A stretch of DNA of 64,000 nucleotides from Eledone cirrhosa (taxonomy: Eukaryota): assembly GCA_964016885.1 (NCBI GenBank), contig OZ024741.1:269638001-269702000 (forward strand), given 5' to 3'. Below, in pieces: positions 26,601 through 38,930 of this stretch. Every line of letters begins with the position of its first letter. Positions within the stretch are counted from its first letter, which is position 1. The position numbers and the translations under genes were made by a program. Below the pieces are notes generated by a model, which was not told where the DNA came from, did no database searches, and saw only the letters and a list, made by a program, of their open reading frames with translations.

Positions 26601-28659
26601 TTGGTGTTGTTAGTGTTCTTGGTGTTGGTGTTGTTGGTGTTGTTGTTGGTGGTGGTAGTGTTGGTGTTGTTGTTGGTGTTGTTGGTGTTGTTGGTGGTGC
26701 TGTATTTGGTGTTGTTGGTGGTGTTGATGGTGTTGTTGGTGTTGTTGGTGTTGTTGTTGATGGTGGTGTTGTTGTTGTTGTTGTTTTTGGTGGTGGTGGT
26801 GGTGGTGGTGGTGTTGTTGGTGTTGTTGGTGTTGGTGTTGTAGTTGTTGTTGCTTTTGTTGTTGTGTTGTTGTTGTTGGTGGTGGTGGTGTTGTTGTTGT
26901 TGTTGTTTTGTCGTTGTTGATGTTGTTGTTGGTGTTGTTGGTGGTGGTGTTCGTGTTGTTAGTGTTGTTGTTGTTTTTGGTGTTGGTGTTGTTGTTGTTG
27001 TTGTTTTGTTGTTGTTGGTGTTGTTGGTGTTGTTGGTGGTGTTGGTGTTGTTGTTGTTGTTGTTGGTGTTGTTGTTGGTGTTGTTGGTGTTGTTGTTGTT
27101 GGTGTTGTTGTTGGTGTTGTTAGTGTTGTTGTTTTTGTTAGTTTTGGTGTTGTTGTTGGTGTTGTTGGTGTTGGTGTTGGTGGTTGTGTTGTTGGTGTTG
27201 GTGTTGTTGTTGTTGTTGGTATTGTTGTTGGTGATGTTGATGGTGATGTTGTTGTTGGTGTTGTTGGTGGTTGTTTTTGTTGGTTTGTTGGCGGTGTTAA
27301 TGGTGTTGTTGTTGTTCGTGTTGTTGTTGGTGTCGTTGTTGGTGTTGGTGTTGTTGTTTGTGTCGTTGGTGTTGTTGGTGGTGTTGGTGGTGTTGTTGTT
27401 GTTGTTGTTTGTGTTGTTGTTGGTGTTGTTGTTGGTGTTGTTGTTGTTGGTGTTGTTGGTGTTGTTGTTGTTGTTGGTGGTGTTGGTGTTGTTATTGGTG
27501 TTGATTTTTGTGTTGGTGTTTTTGTTGGTGTTGTTTCTGTTGTTGTTGTTGTTGGTGTAGGTGGTGGTGTTGTTGGTGGTGTTGTTGTTGTTATTATTTT
27601 TGTTGTTGTTGGTGGTGGTGTTGTTGTTGTTGTTGTTGTTGTTAGTGTTGTTGTTTTTCTTGTTGTTGCTGTTGTTGTTGTTGTTTATGTTGCTGTTGGT
27701 GTTGTTGGTGTCGTTGGTGTTGGTGTTGGTGGTGGTGTTGTTGGTGTTGGCGTTGTTCTTGTTGGTGATGTTGGTCTTGTTGGTGTTGGTGTTGTTGGTG
27801 TTGTTGGTGGTGTTGGTTGTGTTGTTGTTGTTGTTGTTGTTGGTTATGTTGTTGGTGTTGTTGCTGGTGCTGTTGTTGGTGTTGTTGGTGTTGTTGGTGT
27901 TGCTGCTGTTGTTGGTGTTGGTGTTGTTGTTGGTGTTGTTGGTGTTGTTGGTGTTGTTGGTGTTGGTTTTGGTGGTGGTGTTGTTGGTGTTGGTGCTGTT
28001 GTTGTTGGTGTTGTTGTTGGTGTTGTTGATGGTGGTGTTAGTGTTGGTGTTGTTGTTGCTGTTGTTGTTGGTGTTGTTCGTGGTGTCGCTGGTGTTGTTG
28101 TTTGATGTTGTTGTTGTTGTCGTTGTTGGTGTTGGTGATTTTGTTGGTGTCGTTGGTGTTGTTGTTGGTGTTGGTGGTGGTGGTGTTGTTGTTGTTGGTG
28201 GTGGTGTTGTTGGTGTTGTTGTTGATATTGTTGGTGTTAGTGTTGGTGTTGTTGGTGATGTTGTTGTTGGTGTTGTTGTTGTTGTCGTTGTTGGTGTTGG
28301 TTATTTGTTGGTGTCGTTGGTGTTGTTGGTGGTGTTGGTGGTGTTGGTGTTGTTGTTGTTGGTGGTGTTGTTGTTGGTGTTGTTGTTGATGTTGTTGGTG
28401 TCGTTGGTGGTGATGTTGTTGGTGTTGTTGTTGGTGTTGGTGTTGTTGTTGGTGTTGTTGGTGTTGTTGTTGTTGGTGTAGGTGGTAGTGTTGTTTGTGG
28501 TGTTGTTGTTGGTGTTGTTTTTGTTGTTGTTGTTGTTGGTGTTGTTGTTGGTGTTGTTGCTGTTGTTAATGTTGTTGTTTTTGTTGTTGTTGGTGTTGTT
28601 GTTGTTATTGTTTTTGTTGTTGTTGGTGTTGTTGTTGGTCTTGGATTTGTTGTTGGAGG

Positions 28660-28690
<31 letters not shown>

Positions 28691-30014
28691 GGTGGTGCTG
28701 TTGTTGTTGGTGTTGTGTTGTTGTTGTTGGTATTGTTGTTGTTGTTGGTGTTGCTGTTGGTTTTGTTGGTGTTGTTGGTGTTGTTGGTGTTGTTGGTGTT
28801 GTTGGTGTTGGTGGTGCTGGTGGTGTTGTTGGTGTTGGTGTTGTTGTTGTTGATGGTGTCGTTAGTGTTGTTGGTGTCTTTGGTGTTGTTGTTGTTGTTG
28901 TTGTTGTTGGTGTTGTTGGTGTTGTTGGTGTTGTTGTTGGTATAGGTGGTGGTGTTCTTGGTGGTGTTGTTGTTGGTGTTGATTTTGTTGTTGTTGGTGT
29001 TGTTGATGGATTTGTTGTTGTTGGTGTTGTTGTTGTAGGTGGTGGTGGTGGTGGTGGTGGTGGTGGGGTTGGTGGTGGTGGTGGTGGTGTTGTTAGTGTT
29101 CTTGGTGTTGGTGTTGTTGGTGTTGTTGTTGGTGTTGTTGTTGGTGGTGGTAGTGTTGGTGTTGTTGTTGGTGGTGGTGGAGTTTTTGTTGGTGTTGTTA
29201 GTGTTGTTCGGTGTTGGTGGTGTTGGTGGTGTTGTTGTTGTTGGTGTTGTTGTTGGTGTAGTTGTTGGTGTTGTTGATAGTGTTGTTGGTGTTGTTGTTG
29301 TTTTGTTGTTGTTGGTGTTGTTGTTGGTGTTGTTGCTGGTGGTGTTGTTGGTGGTGGTGTTGGTGTTGTTAGTGTTGTTGATGTTGGTGTTGTTGGTGTT
29401 GGTGTTGTTGGTTTTGGTGTTGTTGGTTTTGTTGTTGGTGTTGTTGGTGTTGTTGGTGTTGTTGGTGGTGTTGGTGGTGTTGTTGTTGGTGTTGTTGGTG
29501 TTGTTGTTGGTGTTGGTGGTGTTGTTGTTGGTGTTGTTGTTGGATTTGTTGTTGGAGGTGTTTTTGTTGGTGGTGGTTGTGGTGGTGGTGCTGTTGTTGT
29601 TGGTGTTGTGTTGTTGTTGTTGGTGTTGTTTTTGTTGTTGGTGTTGCTGTTGTGTTGTTGGTGTTGTTGGTGTTGTTGGTATTGTTGGTGTTGTTGGTGT
29701 TGTTGGTGTTGGTGTTGGTGGTGGTATAGTTGGTGTTGTTGTTGTTGTTGGTGTTGTTGTTGGTGTTGTTGATGGTGTCGTTAGTGTTGTTGGTGGTGTT
29801 GGTCGTTTTGGTGTTGTTGGTGTTGTTGGTGTTGTTGTTGGTGTTGTTGGTGGTGTTGTTGGTGTTGTTGTTGGTGTTGGTGTTGTTCGTGTTGTTATTG
29901 GTGTTGTTGGTGTTGTTGTTGTTGTTGTTGGTATAGGTGGTGGTGTTGTTGATAGTGTTGTTGTTGGTGTTGTTTTTGTTGTTGGTGTTGTTGATGGATT
30001 TGTTATTGTTGGTG

Positions 30015-30046
<32 letters not shown>

Positions 30047-33000
30047 GGTGGTGTCGGTGGTGGTGGTATTGTGTTGTTAGTGTTCTTGGTGTTGGTGTTG
30101 TTGGTGTTGTTGGTGTTGTTGGTGTTGTTGTTTATGGTGGTAGTATTGGTGTTGTTGTTGTTGTTGGTGGTGTTTTTGTTGGTGTTGTTAGTGTTGTTGG
30201 CGTTGGTGTTGTTGTTGTTTTTGGTGGTGTTGTTGGTGTTGTTGTTGGTTTTCTTGTTGTTGTTGTTTTGTTGTTGTTGGTGTTGTTGTTGGTGTTGTTG
30301 CTGTTGGTGTTGTTGGTGGTGGTGTTTGTGTTGTTAGTGTTGTTGTTGTTGGTGTTGGTGTTGTTGGTTTTGTTGTTGGTGTTGTTGGTGTTGTTGTTGG
30401 TGTTCTTGTTGTTGTTAGTGTTGTTGTTTTTGTTGTTGTTTGTGTTGTTGTTGGTGTTGTTAGTGTTGTTGGTTTTGTTGGTTTTGGTGTTGTTGTTGGT
30501 GTTGTTGGTGTTGGTGTTGGTGGTGGTATTGTTGGTGTTGGTGTTGTTGTTGTTGGTTTTGTTGTTGGTGCTGTTGATGGTGGTGTTGTTGTTGGTGTTG
30601 GCGTTGGTGTTGTTGGTGGTGTTTTTGTTGGTGTTGTTGGTGGTGTTGGTGGTGTTGTTGTTGTTGTTGGTGTTGTTGTTGGTGTCGTTGTTGGTGCTGG
30701 TGTTGTTGTTGGTGTCGTTGGTGTTGTTGGTGGTGTTGGTGGTGTTGGTGTTGTTGTTGTTGTTTGTGTTGTTGTTGGTGTTGTTGTTGGTGTTGTTGTT
30801 GGTGTTGTTGGTGTTGTTGGTGTTGTTGGTTGTGTTGGTGTTGTTGGTGTTGGTGGTGTTGTTGTTGGTGTTGTTTTTGGTGTTGTTGTTGGTGCTGTTA
30901 CTGGTGTTGTTGTTGGTGTTGTTTTTGGTGTTGGTGTTGGTGTTGTTTGTGTTGTTGTTGTTGTTGGTGTAGGTGGTGGTGTTGTTGGTGGTGTTGTTTT
31001 TATTATTGTTTTGTTGTTGTTTTTGTTGTTGTTGTTGTTGTTGGATTTGTGGTTGGAGGTTTTGTTGTTGTTGTTGTTGGTAGTGGTGCTGCTGTTGTTG
31101 TTGGTGGTGTTGTTGTTTTTGTTTGTGTTGCTGTTGTTGTTGTTGGTGTTGTTGGTGTTGTTGGTGTTGGTGTTGGTGGTGGTGTTGTTGGCGTTGGTTT
31201 TTTTGTTGTTGGTGTTGTTGCTGGTGTTGTTGATGGTGGTGTTGTTGTTTTTGGTGTTGTTGGTGTTGTTGGTGGTGTTAGTTGTGTTGGTGTTGTTGTT
31301 GTTGTTGTTGTTGTTGGTTTTGTTGTTGGTGTTTGGCGTTGTTGGTGTTGCTGCTGTTGTTGGTGTTGGTGTTGTTGTTGGTGTTATTGTTGTTGTTGGT
31401 GTCGTTGGTGTTGGTGTTGGTGGTGGTGTTGTTGGTGTTGGGGTTGTTGTTGTTGGTGTTGTTGTTGGTGTTGTTGATGGTGGTGTTAGTGTTGGTGTTG
31501 TTGGTGGTGTTGTTGTTGGTGTTGTTGGTCGTGTTGCTGGTGTTGCTGTTGTTGGTGTTGTTGTTGGTGTCGTTGTTGGTGTTGGTGATTTTGTTGGTGT
31601 CGTTGGTGTTGTTGCTGGTGTTGGTGGTGTTTGTGTTGTTGTTGTTGGTGGTGGTGTTGTTGTTAGTGTTGTTGATGTTGTTGGTGTTAGTGTTGGTGTT
31701 GTTGGTGGTGTTGTTGTTGGTGTTGTTGGTGGTGTTGCTGGTGTTGTTGTTGTTGGTGTTGTTGTTGGTGTCGTTGTTGGTGTTGGTTATTTTGTTGGTG
31801 TCGTCGGTGTTGTTGGTGGTTTTGGTAGTGTTGGTGGTGTTGTTGTTGTTGGTGGTTTTGTTGTTGGTGTTGTTGTTGGTGTTGGTGTTGTTGTTGCTGT
31901 TGTTGTTGTTGGTGTAGGTGGTAGTGTTGTTGCTGTTGTTGTTGTTGGTGTTGTTTTTGTTGTTGGTGTTTTTGTTCGGGTTGTTGGAGGTGTTGTTGTT
32001 GGTGGTGGTGGTGGTGGTGGTGGTGGTGCTGTTGTTGTTGGTGTTGGTGTTGTATTGTTGTTGTTGTTGGTGTTGCTGTTGGTGTTGTTGGTGTTGTTCG
32101 TGTTGGTGTTGGTGGTGGTGTTGTTGGTGTTGGTGTTGTTGTTGTTTGTGTTGTTGTTGGTGTTGTTGATGGTGTCGTTAGTGTTGTTGGTGGTGTTGGT
32201 TTTGGTGTTGTTGTTGTTGTTGTTGGTGTTGTTGTTGTTGGTGTTGTTGTTGGTTTTGTTGGTGGTGTTGTTGTTGGTGTTTTTTTGGTGTTGGTGTTGT
32301 TGTTGGTGTTGTTATTGGTGTTGTTGGTCTTGTTGTTGTTGTTGTTGGTATAGGTGGTGGTGTTGTTGGTGGTGTTGTTGGTGTTGTTTTTGGTGTTGTT
32401 AGTGTTGTTGGTGTTGGTGTTGTTGTGTTTGTTGTTGTTGGTCTTGTTGTTATTGTTAGTTTTGTTGTTGGAGGTGTTGTTGGTGTTGTTGGTGTTGTCG
32501 GTATTTTTGGTGTTGTTGGTGTTGGTGCTGGTGTTGTTTGTATTGGTTTTGGTGTTGTTGGTGTTGTTGTTGGTGTTGTTGATGGTGGTGTTGTTGCTGT
32601 TGGTGTTGCTGTTGGTGTTGTTGGTGTTGTTGTTGTTGGTGTTGTTGGTGTTGTTGGTGTTGTTGGTGGTGTTGATTGTGTTGTTGTTCTTGTTCGTGTT
32701 GTTGTTAGGGTTGTTGTTGGTGTTGTTGTTGGTGTTGTTGGTGTTGTTGGTGTTGTTGGTGTTGTTGGTGTTGCTGTTGTTATTGGTGGTGTTGTTTTTG
32801 GTGTTGTTGGTGGTGTTGTTGTTGTTGTCGTTTGTGGTGGTGTTGTTGTTGTTGGTGTTTTTGATGGTGTTGTTGGTGTTGTTGTTGTTGGTGGTGTTTT
32901 TGGTGGTGTTGTTGGTGTTGTTGTTGTAGTTTTTGTTGGTGTTGTTGGTGGTGTTGTTGGTGGTGTTGGTGTTGGTGTTGTTGTTGGTATTGTTGATGTT

Positions 33001-34498
33001 GTTGGTGTTGGTGTTGTTGTTGGTGTTGTCGTTGCTGTTGTTGTTGTTGTTGGTGTTGTTGTTGGTGTTGTTGGTGTTGCTGCTGTTGTTGGTGTTGGTG
33101 TTGTTGTTGGTGTTATTGGTGTTGTTGGTGTTGTTGGTGTTGGTGTTGGTGGTGGCGTTGTTGGTGTTGGGGTTGTTGTTGTTGTTGGTGTTGTTGTTGT
33201 AGTTTTTGTTGGTGTTGTTGGTGGTGTTGTTGGTGGTGTTAGTGTTGGTGTTGTTGTTTGTATTGTTGATGTTGTTGGTGTTGGTGTTGTTTTTGGTGTT
33301 GTCTTTGGTGTTGTTGGTGTTGTTGTTGGTGTTGTTGTTGGTGTTGTTGGTGGTGTTGTTGTTGGTGTTGCTGTTGGTATTGTTGTTGTTGTTGGTGTTG
33401 TTGGTGTTGTTGGTGTTGTTTTTGTTGTTGTTGGTGTTGTTGTTGGTGGTGTTGTTGTTGTTAGTGTTGTTGTTTTTGTTGTTGTTGGTGTTGTTGTTGT
33501 CGTTAGTTTTGTTGTTGGAGGTGTTGTTGTTGGTGCTGGTGGTGGTGCTATTGTTGTTGGTTTTGTCGCTCATGTTGTTGTTGGTGGTGGTGGTGGTGTT
33601 GTTGTTGGTCTTGTTGGTGGTGTTGTCGTTGGTGTTGTTGGTGTTGGTGGTGTTGTTGTTGGTGTTGTTGTTGGTATTGGTGTTGTTGTTTTTGTTGTTG
33701 TTGGTGCTGTTGTTGGTGGTGTTGTTGTTGTTAGCGTTGTTGTTTTTGTTGTTGTTGGTGTTGTTGTTGTCGTTAGTTTTGTTGTTGGAGGTGTTGTTGT
33801 TGGTGGTGGTGGTGGTGCTATTGTTGTTGGTTTTGTCGGTCATGTTGTTGTTGGTGGTGGTGGTGGTGTTGTTGTTGGTCTTGTTGGTGGTGTTGGTGTT
33901 GTCGTTGGTGTTGTTGGTGTTGGTGGTGTTGTTGTTGGTGTTGTTGTTGGTATTGGTGTTGTTGTTTTTGTTGTTGTTGGTGTTGTTGTTGTTGGTGTTG
34001 TTGTTGTTAGTGTTGTTGTTTTTGTTGTTGTTGGTGTTGTTGTTGTCGTTAGTTTTGTTGTTGGAGGTGTTGTTGTTGGTGGTGGTGCTATTGTTGTTGG
34101 TTTTGTCGGTCATGTTGTTGTTGGTGGTGGTGGTGGTGTTGTTGTTGGTCTTGTTGTTGGTGTTGGTGTTGTCGTTGGTGTTGTTGTTGGTCTTGTTGTT
34201 GGTGTTGGTGTTGTCGTTGGTGTTGTTGGTGTTGGTGGTGTTGTTGTTGGTGTTGTTGTTGGTGGTGTTGTTGTTGTTAGTGTTGTTGTTTTTGTTGTTG
34301 TTGGTGTTGTTGTTGTTGTTAGTTTTGTTGTTGGTTTTTTTTTGTTGTTGGTGGTGGTGGTGGTGCTGTTGTTGTTGTTTTTGTCGGTAATGTTGTTGTT
34401 GTTGGTGGTGTTGTTGTTGTTGGTGTTGATGTTGTTGTTTATGATGTTGTTTTTGGTGTTGTTGATTTTGTTGTTGATGTTGTTGTTTTTCTTGTTGT
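17757..34498. repeat. Giant (GTT/GGT)n cryptic satellite, ~16.7 kb
   Basis: Almost pure G/T strand with frequent phase shifts and recurrent marker words. Confidence 0.95.
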
Positions 34499-34795
34499 AA
34501 GACAATTGATTAATTTAAACAAACCATTTATGATGTCTAGCAATCAGTCATATCTGTTATGACGATTAGAAAGAATAGTTTTCATCTTAATTTTTTTTAT
34601 CGATTTTTTTTCATTAGTTTATATTAATATTTATTTATTTTTTATTCATGATTATTATTGTTGTTGTTGTTATTATTATTATTACTATTATTATTATTAT
34701 TATTTTAGTATTTTATTTTTATATTATTTTCCCATGTACTGACGATCGGTCGACTTTTATAGTCTTTACCAATTTCTATAAATGTCAGTAGATTT

Positions 34796-34840
<45 letters not shown>

Positions 34841-34897
34841 TGTGTATTCGTGTGAACTGGTGTGCACATTTACGAATAGGGTGAAAACACGTACATA

Positions 34898-34937
<40 letters not shown>

Positions 34938-35016
34938 CATATACATACATACATATATATCATGTATGTATGTACATATATATACGTATATACATATATA
35001 TATATATACACACACG

Positions 35017-35069
<53 letters not shown>

Positions 35070-35072
<3 letters not shown>

Positions 35073-35190
35073 AGGCGTGTGGCTGAGTGGTTAGGGAATT
35101 GGATTCGCAATCGTAAGGTTGTGAGTTCGATTCCTGGACCAGGCGATGCGTTATGTCCTTGAGCAAGACACTTTATTTCACGTTGCTCCT
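35070..35190 (+). mobile_element. Second tRNA-derived SINE family, 5' part
   Basis: A-box TGGCTGAGTGG, B-box GAGTTCGATTCC, then a CORE-like TGTCCTTGAGCAAGACACTT segment. Confidence 0.75.
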
Positions 35191-35286
35191 TCTACCTGGA
35201 GTTGCGACCGATAGATAGTATTAGCAATTGGAAAGACCAACGGAAACATTGTTCCCTCGGTCCGATTTGACGAAAGTCGATCGTTC

Positions 35287-35348
<62 letters not shown>

Positions 35349-35358
35349 CATATATATA

Positions 35359-35880
35359 TAAATGGAAAAAATGAAATTTCATTTGTCACTCTTAGTACGG
35401 GTGATACTTAAATATATGTATGTATACCTACGTACATATATGTATACAGACGTACAGTAGTATGTATACACATACATACATGCACACATATGTGTATGTA
35501 CGTATGGGTTTACCGAACATTTATTACAAAGTTCGGACTGTTTGTAAACAAACAGTCCGAATTAATAGCCGTACACTGTTCGGCAACCATCATTGCCATT
35601 TTGCTCAACACTGACAAAGGAACGATGAACTAGTTTTGAGCTCCTTAACTGTCATCAGCACCGTATTCCTTCCTGCCAGATAATTGAACGTTTGAAACTA
35701 TATATACTTTCTTTATGCATATTAACGGCTGAGCAGCCTAATTTTCATATCGAGTGAGTTAGTCGGCCGGGCGCACCGAAAACGATAAATGGAAAAAATG
35801 AAATTTCATTTCTCCCTGTCAGTACGGCTGATGCTTAAATATAAGTATGTATACGTACATACATATATGTATACAGACGT
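35359..35880 (-). mobile_element. Partial-tandem (427-bp period) hammerhead-containing element in (TA)n (family R, copy 2, diverged)
   Basis: Direct repeat starting TAAATGGAAAAAATGAAATTTCATTT at 35359 and 35786. Degenerate HHR at 35617-35671: CGGTG-CTGATGA-...-AAAA-CTAG-TT-CATCG with outer AAGGAA/TTCCTT pairing. Confidence 0.65.
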
Positions 35881-35896
35881 CTATATATATATATAT

Positions 35897-35983
<87 letters not shown>

Positions 35984-36074
35984 AAGCGAAAGGGATAGAA
36001 GGATGATAACTAAATATCTTAAGTAGAATAATGTTTCATTGGCCACACAAAAAATGTACGATAAAAGCAGATTA

Positions 36075-37157
36075 GTATGTATGAGATGAAAGAATGGTAT
36101 TTAACTAATGTAATGGTACGCGATGGGCCCACCCACAGCCCCGGCGGACAGAATGGAGAAGGCGTTTCCCCGGAGGACGGCAAGGGAGACGCGCTGGAAA
36201 AGCCACTCCAACTCGCGGGGTTCACACCTACGGCTGGCCAGCTCAGCGCCTATGGTGGTGAGTAAGGAGGTAGCCCTGGGGCCGAGGACACCAGAAGTCT
36301 CCACTGCCATGGGAATGACTGCAAACCTGTCAGAGAGCGACCGGTATTTGAGGAGTTTGGCCCCCTCAGCCCGACGTGCAGCAGAACCTGGGTCAGTCGC
36401 AGACTGTACCAGGTTGCGGCTGCAGAAAGTGTCGGTGCAAGTGGCATCCCAGACGAGGGGTTTGCCACTGGGGAACGGGAAGATGTTCATGCGATCTGGC
36501 CTTTTGCCGTCCCCTCGATCCAGCCCCACCGGCTCGAGCTGGGAAGGGAAGCCTGAAGCGTCCAAGCCATGCTTAATGACCTCGTTGAGGGAAGTATGGC
36601 GTGGAATGCGGCCGGCACTGTGGCGACAGGAAAGCGGGTGGAGGCCGAAAGAGTCCACGGTGGAACCGCAGCGACATCGGTGTGGCTGGCAGATCCGGAG
36701 GCCGAGCCTCAGGGAAACGCCGATTCGCACGCTATGGTTGTCTAGCTGCGTGCCAGTGGAGAAGGAGGGCAGAGCATGGAGCCAGGCACCACTGTGGGGT
36801 TTGGAGGCCGCACGAAAACATGCAAGGCGGTGCTGGTCGAGCTGGCGCGTAAGCCTGTCTGAGGCCAGGCTCCACTGGATGGTATCGCAAGTGCGTTCGG
36901 GGGACTTGACGTCAACAGGGTGAGAAGGAGGAGGGACGTCTACTGGGCTAAGTCCCAGCCGGTCCCACGTCTCACAGGCGGCTTCACGTTCTCTGAACAC
37001 AGAGGGTTCTGTTGTGTTTTGAAGAACCCTGCTGACGAGGACGCGGCATGAGGTTACCGACGAAAGATACGCCGGCAAAGCTAGTGAGATCGGGGACCGG
37101 AGGCCTGGGCCGCCATACCTGACCGGTAAAGTAGCCTGTTGCCAGTCTATTTGACTA
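36075..37157 (-). mobile_element. 5'-truncated CRE-clade (RLE) non-LTR retrotransposon; open C-terminal ORF 36101-~37150
   Basis: WQQATLPVRYGGPGL thumb motif, SGAWLHALP, CRC..H..SC zinc knuckle, RHTSLN, KRPD..LVWDATCTDT restriction-like endonuclease, PMAVETSG; GC-rich compared with flanks. Confidence 0.85.
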
Positions 37158-37318
37158 CTTGTGTGTGTGTGTTGTGTGTGTCTATGTGTGTGTATGTGTG
37201 TGTGTTTGTGTGTGAGTTTGTATGTGTGTGTTGTTTCTGTGTGTGTGTTTGTATATGTATGTCTGTTTGTGTGTGTGTGTATATATTATTTGTGTGTATG
37301 TATGTGTGTGTTTCTGTG

Positions 37319-37349
<31 letters not shown>

Positions 37350-37560
37350 GTGTGTGTGTATATGTGTGTGTGTGTCTCTGTGTATATATATATGTGTGTG
37401 TGTGTAAAATACAATGCGTTATATTCAATGTATCATTATTCCAAGTTAGGAACGTTTATCTGATTTTGTGTTTGTTTCTGTCTATATATGAATGTTTGTG
37501 CACGTATGAGTGTTTAGCCATGTGTCCATGTCTGTGCATATTACGCGTGCGTGTGTCTTA

Positions 37561-37674
<114 letters not shown>

Positions 37675-37680
37675 ACATAA

Positions 37681-37795
37681 TCTCTGATGATATGGGATCG
37701 ATTGTGCATTGGATATCGAATGCTCTACTAAATATATAATATTATAGATGTAGCGAGATCTAGGCAAATTGATGTCTATTGAAACGTACGTAAGA
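37681..37795 (+). ncRNA. Type I hammerhead motif with very long stem II, in a (TA)n-flanked island
   Basis: TCT-CTGATGA (37684-37690), ~90-nt stem II, GAAA (37781-37784)-C-GTAC-G-TA-AGA; palindromic loop III, GUA triplet; stem I only 3 bp. Confidence 0.65.
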
Positions 37796-37839
37796 GCCGA
37801 ATAAATCTCTTTTACTACATCTTTCTGTTCTTTTTAATT

Positions 37840-37890
<51 letters not shown>

Positions 37891-37966
37891 TTATTCCGGG
37901 TTGAATCGGAGGTAACCACAGTAAGTAAAGTACTCAATACATTGCAGAGTATAAAAGTTTTAATAT

Positions 37967-38016
37967 AGCTTCCTGATGATTCTCATGTATGAAACAGTTC
38001 TTGTCCTGTAGAAGCT
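37967..38016 (+). ncRNA. Type I hammerhead motif in (TA)n-flanked island 37888-38079
   Basis: AGCTTC-CTGATGA-weak stem II-GAAA-CAG(TTCTTGTC)CTG-TA-GAAGCT: 6-bp stem I, stem III, GUA triplet. Confidence 0.7.
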
Positions 38017-38074
38017 CTAACTCGTCCCATGGACTGAGTGCTCTACCACTACGGATATTACCTTCCAGTGTTCT

Positions 38075-38145
<71 letters not shown>

Positions 38146-38690
38146 TTTAGGTTTTTCGGTTCTCCACTGGATAGAACTGGTCATTCCATATAGTCAACCT
38201 TGATGTAATATTAGGGAGAGCACTCGACGTAATGCAACTCAGCCCGTTTTTGTTTGTGTTGTTGGTGGTGCGAGTACGGAGTTAATTATTATAAAATAAC
38301 AGGAGGCTGGACTGGTGTAATTCCTTAAAGGTTTATTATACTATAAACATTTCAATGACCGGGTTCAGTATGAATCAGGTGACATCTTCAGGTATTCCGA
38401 AATTTAACAAAGGATTATAATAGACACAATCCAATGGGCTGAAAAGCAGAGCGATGCCCAAGACGAGAAAGCGGCCCAAAAGTTAGCAGTTGCCAGTCCG
38501 GTTGGCCGCCCCCTGGTCTTGGGCATCGTTCTGCTTTTCAGCCCTTTGGACTGTGTCTATTATAATCCTTTGTTATATTTCGAATACCTGATGATTCACC
38601 GGATTCATACTGAACCCGGTCATTGAAATGTTTATAGTATAATAAACCTTTAAGGAATTACACCAGTCCAGCTTCCTATTATTTTATAAT
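38146..38690. mobile_element. Family P1 asymmetric palindromic hammerhead element, copy 2
   Basis: Homologous to 11647-12132 with the same outer ends; HHR at 38338-38395 (-) and 38584-38640 (+). Confidence 0.75.
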
Positions 38691-38706
38691 ATATATATAT
38701 ATATAT

Positions 38707-38907
38707 AGTGGTAGAACACTGGAAGGTAATATCCGTAGTGGTAGAGCACTCAGTCCATGGGACGAGTTAGGTAGAAGTGGTTACACAACAGTTTGTTCAC
38801 CATACCGAGAACAATTGTTTCACCTTAGTGGATCATCAGCTGAGGATCTGCTAAGGTGAAACAATTGTTCTCGGTATGGTGAACTAACTGTTGTGTAACC
38901 ACTTCTA
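38707..38907. mobile_element. Asymmetric palindrome (family P4) with two hammerhead cores fused back to back
   Basis: 68-bp arms 38772-38839 / 38840-38907 meeting at TCATCAG|CTGAGGA. Each arm reads CTGANGA-stemII-GAAA-CAATTG-TT. The left extension matches the tail of 38017-38075 in inverted orientation. Confidence 0.7.
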
Positions 38908-38930
38908 TATATATATATATATATATATAT

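Noticed and set aside
17737-34505. Dozens of long V/L/G-, C/W- and T/N-rich ORFs
   Set aside because: Products of the stop-poor (GTT/GGT)n array; frames shift constantly.
35070-35145. tRNA gene
   Set aside because: A and B boxes present but no proper acceptor stem; continues into a SINE body.
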